Below are positions 50,271 through 63,100 of a stretch of 64,000 nucleotides of DNA, piece by piece (the stretch's first letter is position 1; each line of letters opens with the position of its first letter). The notes beneath the pieces were generated by a model, which did no database searches, had not been told where the DNA came from, and worked only from the letters and a program-made list of their open reading frames with translations. This stretch comes from Heterodontus francisci (lineage: Eukaryota), in the NCBI RefSeq assembly GCF_036365525.1, contig NC_090387.1:16072375-16136374 (forward strand), written 5' to 3'. The translations under genes were made by a program, and so were the position numbers.

Positions 50271-50541
50271 CCCCTCCCTCTCTATGTCCCCCTCTCAGTT
50301 GTTCTTCCCTTCTCTGTCGTTTCCCCCCCCCCCAGCTCTCTGCCTCCTTTCTCTCTCCCTCTCCCTCTCTCTCTCCCTCTCCCCTCTCTCCCTCTCCCCC
50401 TTTCTCTCCTCTCTCCCTGCCCTCCTCCCCTCTCTCCCTCCCTCCCTCTTTCTCTCCCTCCATCTCCCTGTCTCCCCTCCTTCCCTCTCTCTCTCCCTGT
50501 CCCTCTCTCTCCTCCCTCCCGATCTCTCCCTCTCTCTCTCT
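50271..50541 (+). repeat. CT-rich low-complexity tract (inverted relative of 48657-49015)
   Basis: Near-pure pyrimidine run. Confidence 0.9.
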
Positions 50542-52549
50542 TAAATCTTAAACCTGCTTGTCCCACAGGGGTTTCCCATACGCAAACAAACATACTTGGG
50601 TTAAATGCATATGTCGGTGAGTTCCTACTGGCTTGCTGACACGCTGGCAGTTTCTGGTCTTTTAATCTGCACAGAAATTCACCCACCCTGGCAGGTTAAA
50701 ATTACCCCCAATGTTTCAGATCAATCAATTTGTGGCAGAATTTGGAACAAGAAAGATGGGCTGAAGTATTAGGGCTGACTCTTCATGAAGTGAGGGGTGA
50801 AGGGGCTTTGAGTATCCCCTTGACGTCTCTTTAGATTAACTTCACTCACAAAGGCTCCTTACTGAAAATGCCTTTCGATGCTAATTAATCTATACTTCCC
50901 AATATTTGTTGTGTTCCTTTTTAGTCTCTAGTTTTGCAGGTTTTTGCAGCTCTGTTAACAATCAACAATTCATTGTACCTTCTCTTGGGTGTAACTTCAC
51001 ATTGGGCAAAACCAGCACAATTTCGAATGTATTTTCCTAAATTGCAAGCCCAGCAGAAACTCCAAGTGAGAAGCTTTGAAAACTGATCCTGTCACAGACC
51101 AGTGCTGCCTCTGGAAGGACCAGATTCAAACATAGATCAGCCTCGAGTTAATGATGGCCGATGTCAAAACGTTTCAGGCCACCAAAGGGTTAATGCAATG
51201 AAAGCTCTCATCTGTAAATAAGCTTCTCTGCCAGGAAATGAAGATGCCAGTAATTCAGTGTCAGAGGACATGTTTGTATATGCTTTTACACATCAATTAC
51301 ATTCACAAAGTGGACTCCCAAACAAACCACAGTCGCATTCTGACTGCACGCCACTCCGGGCTGTGGTATTTTCTAATGCAGATCAAAGCTGACAGAGACC
51401 ACTTTCGACAATGCAGCTAAGTGAGCAAACAAAACACTCTGTCCAGTGGGAGGCTGACCCAGTATTTGGTATCACTGCCCCTCACCCCCCTCTATTACAC
51501 AGTCTCATCTTTTCCAATGTAAATCTAGGTTTATAGTTAATGCCTGCTATCTGATGCTGAGAATTTGCAGTTCGTGTATAAAGGATAGTGTTGTCTCTGA
51601 TCTGCAATAACTCCTTGTACTCTCCCAATCTAAATATTATTTTGATAGCCTATTAGATTCCATTAAGTAGATTAGCTTGCCCATGATCACTGATACTATT
51701 AGTTTTTTTTTGGAATTTAAAGGCATATTCTAACAAGGGGATGTTACATGACTTAAGGTAAGAATTCCTTATACCTTGACACTGGTCTCCCATCATTTTG
51801 AAATGATGTGTGGTTCCAGGATGGAGGGTGAGGGCAGAAGGGTCACAAGAAACGAGGGAAAGTTGCTAACAGCTCTGTTTTTCTCACCTTGACACAGAAC
51901 ATTAATTGGCTGCTCTCTACATTAACTCAATTGGTCCCCCGTGCTTAAATAAGCTGCCCTTGTTCGGCGGAGAGTTTCATCTGTTGACTTTTTTTTATTA
52001 AAATAAAACCACCCAGTTTGTATTGTATTCCAATAAATAGGTTCAGGAAATTAAGGAACATGACACGGGAAAATAGGAATTGCTCACAAAAAAAGACCAA
52101 GGTCCATCGAGCTCACCTTCTACCATCCTGGCAGTCACATGATACAATGATAATGGAGCTGTTGACTAATCGTGGCAATCAGTCTCTATCAATTAGTTTT
52201 CAACAAACCCAGACATGACGCGAGGAAAACCCCAGTGGTGGAGAGCTTTGGGAACAATAGGTCTAATGTCAACCTTTTCCTCCCAAGCCTGCTACACTTA
52301 CAACATGTCATGTGGAACAAATGGCTTCACAGAAATGTAGTTATCTGAAGTTGATCACTTTAAAATGTCTCCAAATTGTCGACTGTCTGTATAATTCCAT
52401 TCAGTTCTGCTGCTGATCAGTGCTCATATGCGTACTCATGCCAGCAGTTCATGCCTGGCCTCCAGGTATGGGAAGCAAAGGTGTGTTCGCAATCCTGAAG
52501 ATGAGCCAGGTAGATCAGTATTTTTAACTCACTATCCTTGACTCATACG

Positions 52550-53250
52550 ACAACAACAACATGCATTTATATAGTGCCTTTAACATTGTAAAATGTCCCA
52601 AAGTACTTCACAGGAACATAACCAGACAAAAAATTGACACCAAGCCACATGAGGAGGTATTAACAAAGAACAAAGAACAAAGAAAATTACAGCACAGGAA
52701 CAGGCCCTTCGGCCCTCCAAGCCTGCGCCGATCCAGATCCTCTATCTAAACATGTCGCCTATTTTCTAAGGTCTGTATCTCTTTGCTTCCTGCCCATTCA
52801 TGTATGTGTCTAGATACATCTTAAAAGACGCTATCGTGCCCGCGTCTACCACCTCCGCTGGCAACGCGTTCCAGGCACCCACCACCCTCTGTGTAAAGAA
52901 CTTTCCACGCATATCCCCCCTAAACTTTTCCCCTCACTTTGAACTCGTGACCCCTAGTAATTGAATCCCCCATTCTGGGAAAAAGCTTCTTGCTATCCAC
53001 CCTGTCTATACCTCTCATGATTTTGTACACCTCAATCAGGTCCCCCCTTGGTCACAGTGGTAGGTTTTGTGGAGTGTCTTAAAGGAGAAGAATGAGGCAA
53101 AGAGGTTTAGGAAGCAAATTCCAGAACTTAAGGTCTAGGCAGCTAAAGGCATGGCCGCTAATGATGGGTTAATGAAAATCAGAGATGCAGAAGATGCCGG
53201 AGTTGGAGGAGTGCAGAGATCTTGGAGGATTGTAGGGTTGTAGGAGGTGA
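52550..53250 (-). mobile_element. L2 3' end split by a CR1 family A 3' fragment (52662-53047, -)
   Basis: L2 pieces at 52550-52660 and 53048-53250. CR1 terminus with an 'acaaagaa' tandem tail. Confidence 0.75.
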
Positions 53251-53914
53251 AAGGGATACTCAACCTCTGTTCCATTGGAGGATTCCACTGTCTTTTCCCT
53301 TTCAGATGCTGAATTAACTGCTGCATAGTTCCTGCATTCTCAGCAATAAAGTTAAATTGATAATGAACTTATATCAAAACAGACAACTGTTCATTGCCTT
53401 TAAATTGACCTGTCTATTAAATTTCCCTATGTTGAATGGCTGTGAAGAAGCCTTTTACAGTAAGGAGTGATTAATGTATGAGTGTCATTACACTGGGAAC
53501 TCTCTCATTATTAGCAAAAACAAATTTCTGCAGACTAAACTATTTAAGTGATGACTCATATAAATTTTGAATTTCTTTCTCTAAACTGGTGAGAATTGCA
53601 TCTTTTTTTCTCTCAAAGCTTTGAAACTCTTCCATTCTCTCTCTCCGGGCTCTGTACCTCCTAGGACCAGAAATTTGCAGGGCTACAGTGAAAAGGCAGG
53701 GCAGTGGGACTCGGTGACAGAGAGCCAGCACAGACTTAATGGGCCAAATGGCCTCCTTCTGTGTTGTAACCATTCTATGACACTATGAAGAAGATGGTGT
53801 AGGAAACCTAATCCCAAGGCAATGCAGCTCACAACAGGCTTCCTCACCTCTCAATGTTCTGTCCTCTGTGGAAGACGCCAGGTTCTACTAGACAGCATTT
53901 TACACCTGTGAATT

Positions 53915-54751
53915 AGAACATATAACATAGAACATAGAACAGTACAGCACAGTACAGGCCCTTTGGCCCACGATGTTGTGCCGAACCTTTAACCTACGCT
54001 AAGATCTAAGTAACTACCTACCCTTCATTCTACTATCATCCATGTACCTATCCAAGAGTCGCTTAAATGCCCCTAATGTATCTGCTTCTACTACCACCGC
54101 TGGCAGCGCATTCCAAGCACCCACCACTCTCTGTGTAAAGAACCTACCTCTGACATCTCCCCGAAACCTTCCTCCAATCACCCTAAAATTATGCCCCCCG
54201 GTGATAGCCCTTTCCACCCTGGGAAAAAGTCTCTGAATATCCACTCTATCTATGCCTCTCATCATCTTGTACCCCTCTATCAAGTCACCTCTCATCCTTC
54301 TTCGCTCCAATGAGAAAAGCCCTAGCTCCCTCAATCTTTCTTCGTAGGACATGCCCTCCAGTCCAGGCAGCATCCTGGTAAATCTCCTCTGCACCCTCTC
54401 TAAAGCTTCCACATCCTTCCTATAATGAGGCGACCAGAACTGAACACAATATTCCAAGTGTGGTCGAACCAGGGCCTTATAGAGCTGCAGCATAACCTCG
54501 CGGCTCTTAAACTCAATCCCTCTGTTAATGAAAGCCAACACACCATACGCCTTCTTAACAACCCTATCAACTTGGGTGGCAACTTTGAGCGATCTATGGA
54601 CATGGACCCCAAGATCCCTCTGTTCCTCCACACTACCAAGAATCCTGTCTTTAAGCCTGTATTCCGCATTCAAATTCGACCTTCCAAAATGAATCACTTC
54701 ACACTTTTCCAGGTTGAACTCCATCTGCCACTTCTCAGCCCAGCTCTGCAT
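53915..54751 (-). mobile_element. Young CR1 family A 3' part with an uninterrupted 245-aa ORF2 C-terminus
   Basis: ORF 54014-54751 (WAEKWQMEFN-EKCEVIHFG...YKALVRPHLEYCVQFWSP...WNALP) and an 'aacatag' tandem 3' tail. Confidence 0.92.
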
Positions 54752-55324
54752 TGAGGATCAATCTCCAGGACACTGCTACAAACAATCCAGGAGAAAATCC
54801 ATAAGGGCATTAAACATTTTCTTTGAATACTTTCATTTATTGGTGATAAAAACATTGGCGATGAGGGGATAAAAATATTGTTTACTGGCAATCAAAATTA
54901 TTCCAACTAGGGAACAAAAAGAGTTTCCAACTTGCTCCGGGAAGCCAATGGCACTTGGAGGATGGCTAATGGTGGGAGTGTTGGGGAGGGGGGGGGGGGG
55001 CGGTGGGGGTGCTGATGTGGATGGGATGGTTTGTGGTGCAAGGTCATGTGATGAAATTTCCAGGAATAAACCCAACCAGAGTTGGCGACCGTACCCTCGA
55101 CAGTTGTATCCACGTGGCATGAGTAGCGGATGGAAACTGAGTGTGCACCAGGACAGATTAGCTCTATAGTTCTTTCATGGACTGAAAACAAAACGTCAAG
55201 AGTGCAAATCCTAAACAACTTGTAGGCCTGTACCTAAAGTTGCCGCTAATGTTGTGGAATTGTCCGCAGGCAGCCAAGAGAGACGAGACAGATTCTGAAT
55301 GGTATAAGCCACTTTTATAAAAAT

Positions 55325-55860
55325 GTAAGAATTAGGAGCTGGAGTAGGCCATTTGGCCCCTCGAGCCTGCTGTGTCATTCAAGAAGATCATAGCTGATTT
55401 TCTACATCAACTCCACTTTCCTCCCCTGTACCCATATCCTTTGATTCCCTTAGTGTCCAAGAATGTATCGATCACAGTCTTGCATACAATCAATGATCGA
55501 GCATCCACAATCATCTGAGGTAGAGTTCTAAAGTTTCACAGCTCTGAGTGAAGAAATTTCTTTGCACCCCAGTCCGAAATGGTTGATCCATTATCCTGAG
55601 ACTATGACCCCTAGCTCTAGCCTCTTCAGCCAGGGGAAATAGCCTCTCAGTCAAGCCCTCGAAGTATTGTATGTCTTTTCATGGGATCACCTCTCATTCT
55701 TCTAAGCTCCAGAGAATATAGGCCCATACTACTCAATCTCTCCTCACAGGACAACCCTCTCAACCCAGGAATCAATCTAGTAAAAATTCATTGCACCTCC
55801 TCTAAGGCAAGTATATCCTTCCTTAGATAAGACCAAAAACTGTACGTATGACCTCACCAA
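55325..55860 (-). mobile_element. CR1 family A 3' fragment, degraded
   Basis: 3' terminus 'gaattaggagctggagtaggcc' plus ORF2 C-terminal remnants. Confidence 0.8.
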
Positions 55861-56012
55861 AGTCAATATTTAGATAGTGCTGTCAAGTGCCAACACCCAG
55901 CCAAAATGCAACACCAAGGATATACTTCCTACCTTTGCAAAATTCCAGTAAAATAAAAGGTCTTCTCGGCCTGGACAGATGTGGCTGGATTATCCTTGGC
56001 ATTTCTGCTGTT

Positions 56013-56031
56013 TGGCAGCAGGTGGCACTAG
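56013..56031 (+). promoter_or_regulatory. CTCF-like motif
   Basis: TGGCAGCAGGTGGCACTAG matches the CTCF core consensus in non-repeat sequence. Octamer ATTTGCAT at 56159-56166. Confidence 0.4.
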
Positions 56032-56904
56032 CAAAAGATGTAAGCAGTTTTACGGGCTGCTATTAGAAAGGGCTTTTCTCACAGTGACCACGATTCATAT
56101 CAAGACAAATTTACTGTCAATTCGTTTTGGGTGTCTCATGACTAACAAGAGGCGGCTCATTTGCATTTTAATCATCAGAACTGGGGAAAGTTTGTCGACA
56201 TTTACCTCAGATTCTGAAAGTTCAGTCAGTAAAGGGTGTTAGAATTCACTGACAGTAAATGGCTTATTCTGTTTCCGTCGTGTTGACAAATCACGGAAAA
56301 TGGTTTTGTGAACTGACTAAGATTTTCACGTACGATTTAGAGGCTGAGAAACGTCAGACCTTTAGGCCATGATGTGAATTCACCAGTCCTGCTCTAAGGG
56401 AGCAAAGGAACATTAGAATAGACTATGCGCTGGAGATGGGCCTACAACACTGCCGTGTTATTTTCTGACCCATTCTGTTTACCCTAATATATAAACAAAT
56501 TGTAATTATCTGGTTTCATCAAGCAGAGTAAAACTTGGCAAGAAATCAACTCGCGTTCTCAGTTTCAGTTCAAAATTGAAAGTTTTTAAAAAAGTAAATA
56601 AGGTCTCTTTGGGCTACTTCAGTTCATAGCCATGTGAATGATTCAGGATTACCAATATAAACTATACATATAAACCTAAAAATTAGAATCAGCATTTAAA
56701 AGTTTGCTTTCATTCTGCAATTCTTCCCTTTGCTCCTGGAGCTGCTGGCTTATGATGAGAAATGGGTCTGAAGCAGGTCTTCCACCTCATCCAAGTGGCC
56801 TAGGTAGAGAGCATGGACAGACTATTCCACCATAGGTAGCATCACAGCCAAGTTCAATCTTGTTCCCACCTGCCGTCCATGAACGTACTTTTCAGTAGAA
56901 GTTT

Positions 56905-57270
56905 GAAAGAAAAGAAAGACTTGCATTTCTAAAGCTCCTTTCTCAACCTCAGGATGTCTTGAAGTGCTTTACAGCTAATGAAGTACTTTTGAAGTGTAGT
57001 CACTGTTCTAATGTAGAGAAACACAACAGCTTATTTGTCTACAGAAAGCTCTCACAAACAGCAATGTGATAATGACCAGATAATCTGTTTTTAAGCCTTG
57101 GTTGAGGGATAAACATTGGACAGTATGCATTCTCATCTTCAAAATAGTGACCGGGGGATATTTTACGCCACCTGAGAGGGCAGACCAGCCTCAGTTTAAC
57201 GCCTCATTTGAAATTAAGCATCTCCAACATTGCAGCACTACCTCACTGCTGATACAGTGTGTGTCAGCTA
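56905..57270 (-). mobile_element. SacSINE1-like Deu SINE
   Basis: Tail 'aagacttgcattt' and Deu core collinear with the other copies. Confidence 0.7.
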
Positions 57271-58164
57271 GAATTTTGACTCAGGAGCAGGAACCCTGTT
57301 TTGCATCCTAACCTGACGTCAATTGTAGCCCCCATTCCACTCCAAACCACTGCACTAGCCCCAAGATCAAGTAATGAATCACTTTACTGCATGACCCGAG
57401 GAATGTACTGGTCTGTACTTTCAGCACTGGTATGGATGGGTGTCTCATTTCATCCCTAATGTTCATGTTTTTTAATTAGGGTTTGAATGGGGGCAGAGAA
57501 AAATTACAGCCTCCCCTAGCTCCAACAGTCCATGAGAAGTGATCTGGGATGAATCATGGCTGGATTGATTACAGGATCAGTAATATTTTTCCCACTCGTA
57601 TTGATCAAGGACAATTAAAGCTCCTTGTTTTTGGCAGAATACGATATAACCATGAATTTGTCTCTCCCAGGTGGGAACATTGTCAAAGGTTCTCAAGACA
57701 GTAATGTCCGTGTGAGCCCAGTCCCACTTAAAACAGAAAGGTGAGCCCAGGCCATTTGACACCACTGCAGGTAAATCAGCAACTTGCGATGTTTCTGTGA
57801 CATTCATGTTCATTTCAGTTAATAGATGCCAACTCAGTGCTGGCATCTCAACAGAAAACAGCACTTAGAAGCATGCCCTGTGTTGGAGAGATGTAACGAG
57901 GAATTAGATGGACATTGAGGATACAAGACATCGAGCTTCCCAACGCACAATCTTTGGAGTAGATTGAGATCACTCCTGGGGCAAAAGAAAGGTTTTGTAA
58001 ATTGTTTTTTTGTTGATGTGTATTCATATTTGAACTGCATTTTAAATGACCTTTAATAGGGGTCTTTTGCATGTCCTTCATCCCTGTAGAGTCCTACTTT
58101 GAAAATGCAGCTTCCAGTGTCACCGATGTTTGCCACAAAATGGCCATTGGGAAAGTTCGGACTA

Positions 58165-59145
58165 CAGATTGACTTTGTAAATAGGGGAGCATTGAATACA
58201 AAGACAAGGAAGTCATGTCAAACCTTTACAAATTAATGGGTTGGCCTCAGCTGGAGTGTAACATACAATTCTGGGCACCACACTTTAGGAAGGATGTTAA
58301 GGCCCTGGAGCGGGTATAGAGGAGATTTACCAGGATGGTACCAGGGATCAGGGAGTTCAGTTATGTGGCGGGATTGGAGAAGGTGGGATTGTTCTCCTTA
58401 CAGCAGAGAAGGTTAAGGAGAGACCAAATAGATGTATTCAAAATGATGAGAGGTTTTGGCCAAGTAGGAAGAAATAATTTCCTCTGGAAAATGGATTGGT
58501 AAAATAATTGGAAAATAACTAGAGGATAAATGAGGAAAAATGTCTTCACACCAAGGATTGTTAAGATCTGGAACAGATGCTTTTTGTTGCCTGACTGGAT
58601 TAATCTAGAGCGCACTACCAGAAAGGGTAGTGGAACTTTCAAAGAGCAATTGGACATGTACTTGAAGAGGACTAAGCAAGATTATGGGGAAAAATCTGGG
58701 GAGCGGGACTAATTGGATACCGCGGGGCGGCACAGGGGCGCAGTGGTTAGAAGCGCAGTGGTTAGCACCGCAGCCTCACAGATCCAGCGACCCGGGTTCA
58801 GTTCTGGGTAGTGCCTGTGTGGAGTTTGCAAGTTCTCCCTGTGACCGCGTGGGTTTCCACCGGGTGCTCCGGTGTCCTTCCACAGCCAAAGACTTGCAGG
58901 TTGATAGGTAAATTGGTCATTGTAAATTGCCCCTAGTGGAGGTAGGAGAATTGAGGGAAGGTGGGGATGTGGTAGGGAATATGGGATTAATGTAGGATTA
59001 GTATAAATGGGTGGTTGATGGTCAGCATAGACTCAGTGGGCCGAAGGGCCTGATTGAGTGCCATATGTCTCTCTATGACTCTTTCAAAGAGCTGGCACAG
59101 TCACAAAGGGCCGAATGGCCTCCCTCTGTGCTGTAAGATTCTATG
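58165..59145 (+). mobile_element. Degraded CR1 3' part split by an HE1-like SINE
   Basis: ORF2 remnants at 58165-58720. The 3' UTR resumes at about 59080 ('ctctttcaaagagctggcac'). Confidence 0.75.
58723..59078 (+). mobile_element. HE1-like tRNA SINE with a duplicated A-box segment
   Basis: GCGCAGTGGTTAG occurs twice at the 5' end. B-box-like GGTTCAGTTC and a CR1-type tail follow. Confidence 0.85.
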
Positions 59146-59684
59146 AGGTGTGACTCTTAATTTTCCAATGTGCGTACCATTTACAGCTAAATGGTTCAAA
59201 GCAGGTTTTAGACAGACTTCAATTCAACTGTGGTGCTCACACCTCAATTTCCAAGATTGGCCAGGACATCAAGAGAATTTGTCATGCTCTTTGTACAGCA
59301 TCACGAGATTTGTTCTGTCCATTTGAAAAGGCAGTCAGGGTTTTAGGTTAAACATTTCTGAGAAAGGAACATGAACGCACAACCTCAGAGGTGAGAGCTA
59401 CCACTGAGCCAAGCTAACAGTGAGCAGCTCCTGTAGAAGGGCTTTTTTTTAACTGGGTCTTTCTGACTGCTGGCAGTCTTTCTGGCGCCAGTAAATGTGC
59501 CGTTTTGGCAGCAGTAGTACATTAGCCAGTGTGATATCATGACTTCAGCACTTTGTACATTTGCAGTTACCAGATAGTCATGACCAGTCTATGCATGCAT
59601 GAAATAATGAGCCCCGCAGTGCAGTACATGAAGCTTGGCTGCATTGTCCACTAGGAAGTTGTATTTAATATATCAAAACAACCA

Positions 59685-60060
59685 TCACTTCACAGGACTG
59701 TCATCAGACAAAATTTGATGCTGATCCACATAAGGAGATATGAAGGCAGGTGACCAAAAACTTGGACAAAGCAGTAGAGAGGTGGAGAGGTTTAGGGAGG
59801 GCGTTCCAGAGCTTTGAACCTACACAGCTGGAGGAACAGCTGCCAATGGAGGAGCAAAATAAATCAGAGATAGACACGAGGCCAGAACTGGAGGAGTGCA
59901 GCAATCTCAAAGGGTTTGCAGGGCTGAAGGAGTTCACAGAGATAAGATGGGAAAGGGCATGGAGGGCTTAAGGATGCGAGCACATATGTTGGTGGATGAA
60001 CAGAACTTGGCGTGAATCAGGATACGGGCAGCAGAGCCTTGGATGAGCTGAAGTTTACAG
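59685..60060 (-). mobile_element. L2 fragment
   Basis: 'caaaatttgatgctgatccacataaggagat...gaccaaaaacttgg'. Confidence 0.7.
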
Positions 60061-60199
60061 AGGGAAGTTCTCTCACATGTTTTGGCCTGCAGGCTCTATG
60101 CGGCTCTGAGACAGTTGCACCTGTGGCCAATGGCAGATGTTTGCTCTGCTTGACTGTAGCTATGTCCCTCTCACAACATAGTAGACTTTCAAATTTGGT

Positions 60200-62428
60200 T
60201 TGAAGACGAGCAACTTGGGTCTCAACCAGTGTCCTCAACTTGAAGAAGGGCAATTACAGAGGTATGAAGAAAGAATTGTCTAAAGTGGGCTGATAGACTA
60301 AGGGGAAGGTCAGTGGATGAGCAGTGGCAGACATTTAAGCAGATATTTCGTAACGTTCAGCAAAAATTTATCCTGGTCAAAAAGAAGGACTCGATGAGAA
60401 GGATGAACGACCCGTGGTTAACAAAGGCGGTCAAGGAGAGTATCCAATCAAAAACAAAGGCATACAAAGCAGTGAAAACTAGTGGTAGGCCAGAGGATTG
60501 GGAATTTTTTAGGAACCAGCAGCGGATGACTAAAAAGCCAATGAAGAGGGAGAAAATTGATTTTGAAAGTAAATTGGCAAGAAATATAAGAACAAATAGC
60601 AAGAGCTTCTACTGGTATATAAAAGGAGAGTAGCTAAGGAGAGCGTGGGACCCTTGGAGGATGTGGCTGGAGAATTGATAATGAGGAACAGGGAAATGGC
60701 AAATAATTTAAAGCAATATTTTGCATCAATCTTCATGGTGGAGGACACTATAAACATTCCACAGATATCCACAGCAAGGAGCTAGTGGGAGGAAAGATCT
60801 TGTAACAGTCTCTATCACGAGGGACAAAGTATTTGACAAACTAATGGGACTAAAGGCAGACAAGTCACCAGGACCCGATGGCCTGCATCCAAGGGTTTTA
60901 AAGGAAGTGGCTGCAGAGACAGTGGAGGCATTGTTCGAAATATTCCAGAACTCACTGAATTCTGGGAGGGTCCCAGCAGAATGGAAAACCGCTAATGTGA
61001 CGCCCCTGTTCAAGAAGGGAGGGAGACAAAAAGCAGGAAACTATAGGCCAGTCAGTCTAACATTGGTCATTGGGAAAATGCTAGAGTCCATTATTAATGA
61101 AGAAATAGCAGGACATTTAGAAAAGTTTAACGCAATCAGAGTCAACGTGGTTTTATGATAGGGAAATCACGTTTGACAAATTTGCTAGAGTTCTTTGGGG
61201 ATATAACAAGCAGAGTTGATAAAGGGGAACTGGTAGATGTAGTGTATTTGGATTTCCAGAAGGCATTCAATAAGGTGCCACATAAAACTTATTGCACAAA
61301 ATAGGAGCCCACAGTATTGGAGTTAATGTGTTAGCATGGCTTGAGGATTGGTTAACACACAGAAGAGAGAGAGTCGGGATTAATGAGTCTTTTTCAGGCT
61401 GGAAAGACATAACTAGGATCAGTCCTAGGGCCTCAATTATTGTTTTACTATCTATATTAATGACTTGGAGGAGGGGGCAGAGTGTAATATATCCAAATTT
61501 GCTGATGATACAAAAATAGGTAGGAGGGCATGTTGTGATGAGGACATAAGGAATCTGCAAGGGGATATAGATAGGTTGAGTGAGTGGGCAAAAACTTGGC
61601 AGATGGAGTTTAATGTAGGAAAACGTGAGGTCATGCAGTTTGGTAGGAAGAATCAAAAGGCAGACTATTATTTAAATGGAGAGAGACTCGAAAAAAGTGC
61701 AGCACAAAGGGATCTGGGTGTTCTTGTCCATGAAACACAAAAAGTTAGCATGCAGGTGCAGCAAGTAATTAAGAAGGCAAATGGAATTTTGGCCTTTATT
61801 GCTAGGGGGTTGGAGTTTAAAAATAGGGAAGTCTTGTTACAACTGTACAGGGTGTTGCTGAGGCCACACCTGGAGTACTGTGTACAGTTTTGGTCCCCAT
61901 ATTTAAGAAAGAATACATTGGCATTGGAGGCAGTTCAAAAGAGATTCACTAGGCTGATTCCTGGGATGAAGGGGTTGACTTATCAAGAACAGCTAAACAG
62001 GTTAGGCCTTTATTCAATAGAGTTTAGAAGAATGAGAGGTGATCTTATTGAAATGTACAAGATTCTGAGGGGGCTTAACAGGGTAGATGCTCAGAAGATG
62101 TTTCCACTAGTGGGGGAATATCGAACTAGGAGACATAGTTACAGAATAAGTGGACACTCATTTAAAAGTGAGGTGAGAAGATATTTCTTCTCTCAGAGGA
62201 TAGTGAATGTCTGGAATTCTCTACCCCAGAGAGTTGTGGAGGCTAGATCACTGAAAGTATTTAAAGAGGAGGTAGATAGATTTTTGAAATATCAGGGAGT
62301 TGAGGCTATGAGGAACTGGCACAAAAGAGGAGTTGAGGTCTGGGGCAGATCAGCCATGATCTTATTGAATGGTGGGGTAGGTTTGAAGGGCAGAATGGCC
62401 CTCTCCTGCTCCTATTTCTAATGTTCTT
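60200..62428 (+). mobile_element. CR1 family A LINE, 5'-truncated ORF2 (linker + RT + C-terminus)
   Basis: ORFs 60313-60633, 60844-61158 (KSPGPDGLHPRVLKE...NYRPVSLT) and 61465-62421 (ISKFADDTK...WQMEFN), followed by the 3' terminus. Confidence 0.93.
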
Positions 62429-62429
62429 A

Positions 62430-62845
62430 TGCCGCCACTGTATGTGGAGGGAATGAATGTTTAAGTTGGTGAACTCTAGCAATCAAGTGGGCTGTTTTGT
62501 CCTGGATGGTGTTGAGCTTCTTGAGTGTTGTTGGAGCTGCACCCATCCAGGCAAGTGGAAAATATTCCATCACACTCCTGACTTGCACTTTATAGATGGC
62601 AGACAGGCTTTGGGAGTCAGGAGGTGGGTTACTCGCCACAGAATTCCTAGCCTCTGACCTGCTCTTGTGGCCACAGCATTTATATGGCTGGTCCAGTTAA
62701 GTTCCTGGTCAATGGTAACCCCCAGGATGTTAATGGTGGGGGATTCAGTGATGGCAATGCCATTGAATGTCAAGGCGGGATGGTTAGATTCTCTCTTTTT
62801 GGAGATGGTCATTGCCTGGCACTTGTATGATGTGAACGTTACTTA
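62430..62845 (-). mobile_element. CR1 family B internal fragment
   Basis: ORFs 62570-62812 and 62427-62639 (DQELNWTSHIN, VRSVMEY-PLAW). Confidence 0.85.
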
Positions 62846-62929
62846 TACAATGGAATTGTTGTTATACTAGGGTTATGGTCTCCCCAGACAAAGACATGGA
62901 AGTGACCATGTGAGCTCAAGACAGTAAAG

Positions 62930-63100
62930 GATAGAAATTCAAATTGGACAGCAGCATGAAATGGATGGTATAGCATAGACCACCTGTTATACGGTCCGTT
63001 CCATTGAAGTTAATAGAACTGAACAACAGATGGGGTATATAACAGATGGCTAATGCAATACCCCTGTTTTAATTTACTGTTCAAGACAAATTTTTACCCC
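62930..63100. mobile_element. Short degraded palindromic MITE-like element
   Basis: Eroded ends ('aattcaaattgg' and 'caaatttttacccc') resemble 29860-30394. Imperfect internal symmetry around 'ccattgaagttaatag'. Confidence 0.35.

Larger units (their letters stand above)
45616..50709. mobile_element. Harbinger/PIF DNA transposon, two convergent genes, decayed, with nested insertions
   Basis: TIRs AGGCTGAATTTTAAC-TGTCAG and CTGGCAGGTTAAAATTACCCCC. 3-bp TSD AAC (45613-45615) and AAT (50710-50712). Flanks rejoin to 'gcagagttaa(c/t)gtttcag', the repeat also seen at about 36724-36742. Confidence 0.85.

Noticed and set aside
57577-58081. Minus-strand ORFs of 68-95 aa in unique sequence
   Set aside because: No recognisable homology and no convincing splice sites.
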